Below, piece by piece: positions 56,431 to 57,094 of a stretch of DNA of 57,094 bases. The position numbers were made by a program, and so were the translations under genes. Position 1 is the stretch's first letter, and each line of letters starts with the position of its first letter. The stretch comes from a virus (Duplodnaviria; Caudoviricetes). The stretch is taken from the IMG/VR virus record IMGVR_UViG_3300037502_003174, positions 1-57,094 of that record; one strand, written 5' to 3'. The notes under the pieces were generated by a model, which was not told the origin of the DNA, searched no databases, and saw nothing but the letters and a program-made list of their open reading frames with translations.

Positions 56431-57094
56431 TCAGGTGGGAATCGCGGGGCCGAGGCGCCGCAGGTCAAGGGCGGAGTCGCCGTGGGGCGTGAGGAGCACT
56501 GGCCCGAACCGCAGCACGGCGCCAGAGCCGCAGGCGAACCAGACAGGGCCGGCGGAGACGGTGGGGGTCAGCGACGCGCGGAGCACCTCGCGGCCTTCGA
56601 TGACGACAACCACCTCGACGTCGCCGCCGGCGAGCGCGACCGCAGAGATCCGCAGGCGGTAGGAGACGTCGGCGACCAGGGCGTCGGCGGAGGCCGAGGC
56701 GACCAGCGTTGCGGAGCCGCCGGCCATCTCGTCGAGGGTGACCGTGCCGTCGAGGGCGAAGGTCAGCCGGAGGCCGTCATCAGGCGCGCCGAGCACTCCG
56801 ATCACGGCGTCTCCGGCGCCGATCTGGATCTCGGTCCAGAGCGTGTAGTCGGCGAGCGCAGCGTCGATCTCGGCGCTCAGGTCCAGGGCGGCGGTCGCGT
56901 TGGCGAGGCGGCGCCAGCCCTCGGTGATCGTGGTGCTGTCAGCGTTCGGGGTCGGACGACTCACGATCCGGCGGCCGGAGCCCGTCACGCTCCACTGGCG
57001 GAAGTCTCCGCCGTTGTCCACCACCAGGGCGCGCCGGATGTTGATCCGCTCGCCCATCGGCCGGCAGACGTCGAGCACCCGGGCGATGCGGGCG
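56431..57094 (-). CDS. Baseplate wedge / tail protein I-like, 3' part with a beta-rich (lectin-like) extension
   Basis: Continuation of the ORF starting at 653. Confidence 0.7.
   Translation of the reverse strand, partial: ARIARVLDVCRPMGERINIRRALVVDNGGDFRQWSVTGSGRRIVSRPTPNADSTTITEGWRRLANATAALDLSAEIDAALADYTLWTEIQIGAGDAVIGVLGAPDDGLRLTFALDGTVTLDEMAGGSATLVASASADALVADVSYRLRISAVALAGGDVEVVVVIEGREVLRASLTPTVSAGPVWFACGSGAVLRFGPVLLTPHGDSALDLRRLGPAIPT
56969..57094. repeat. Terminal overlap, right copy
   Basis: Identical to 7-132. Confidence 0.95.

Larger units (their letters stand above)
1..57094. mobile_element. Complete or near-complete myovirus-type (contractile-tail) bacteriophage genome, circular assembly
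   Basis: Terminase, portal, capsid, sheath, tube, tape measure, baseplate, lysis and replication genes fill the window; no host genes; the ends overlap. Confidence 0.95.

Overview
The window is an apparently complete, circularly assembled (~56.96 kb), very GC-rich tailed phage genome with a contractile (myovirus-type) tail. Positions 7-132 are repeated at 56969-57094, and a baseplate gene reads through the junction. Almost all genes are on the minus strand. Reading from high to low coordinates, the modules are: (1) an early/replication block with an HTH regulator, a degenerate DEDDh nuclease, an SSAP-like protein, SbcD/SbcC, a replication initiator, DnaB, RuvC, a PP2C phosphatase, ASCH, YkgJ and a DNA methylase; (2) packaging and head genes (terS, terL, portal, MuF, methylase, kinase-like protein, split XkdF protease/scaffold, major capsid protein); (3) neck and tail genes (sheath, tube, chaperones, tape measure, baseplate, fibres); (4) lysis genes (amidase plus membrane proteins). 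I found no integrase, partition genes, tRNA, CRISPR array or reverse transcriptase. The most notable observations are: the same ~80-aa beta-rich module (motif LGQxxxSTxAxxY) inserted in the major capsid protein, baseplate J and a fibre-like protein; a 7-member promoter family containing a GCGCG-N5-CGCGC palindrome, most followed by a 5' leader hairpin; two apparent pseudo-enzymes (kinase-like and DEDDh-like) plus an intact PP2C; a candidate -2 frameshift in the tail chaperone; and an inverted island splitting the tail operon. All family assignments come from motif recognition by eye; no database search was run. Several starts were adjusted from the ORF track using RBS and overlap evidence.
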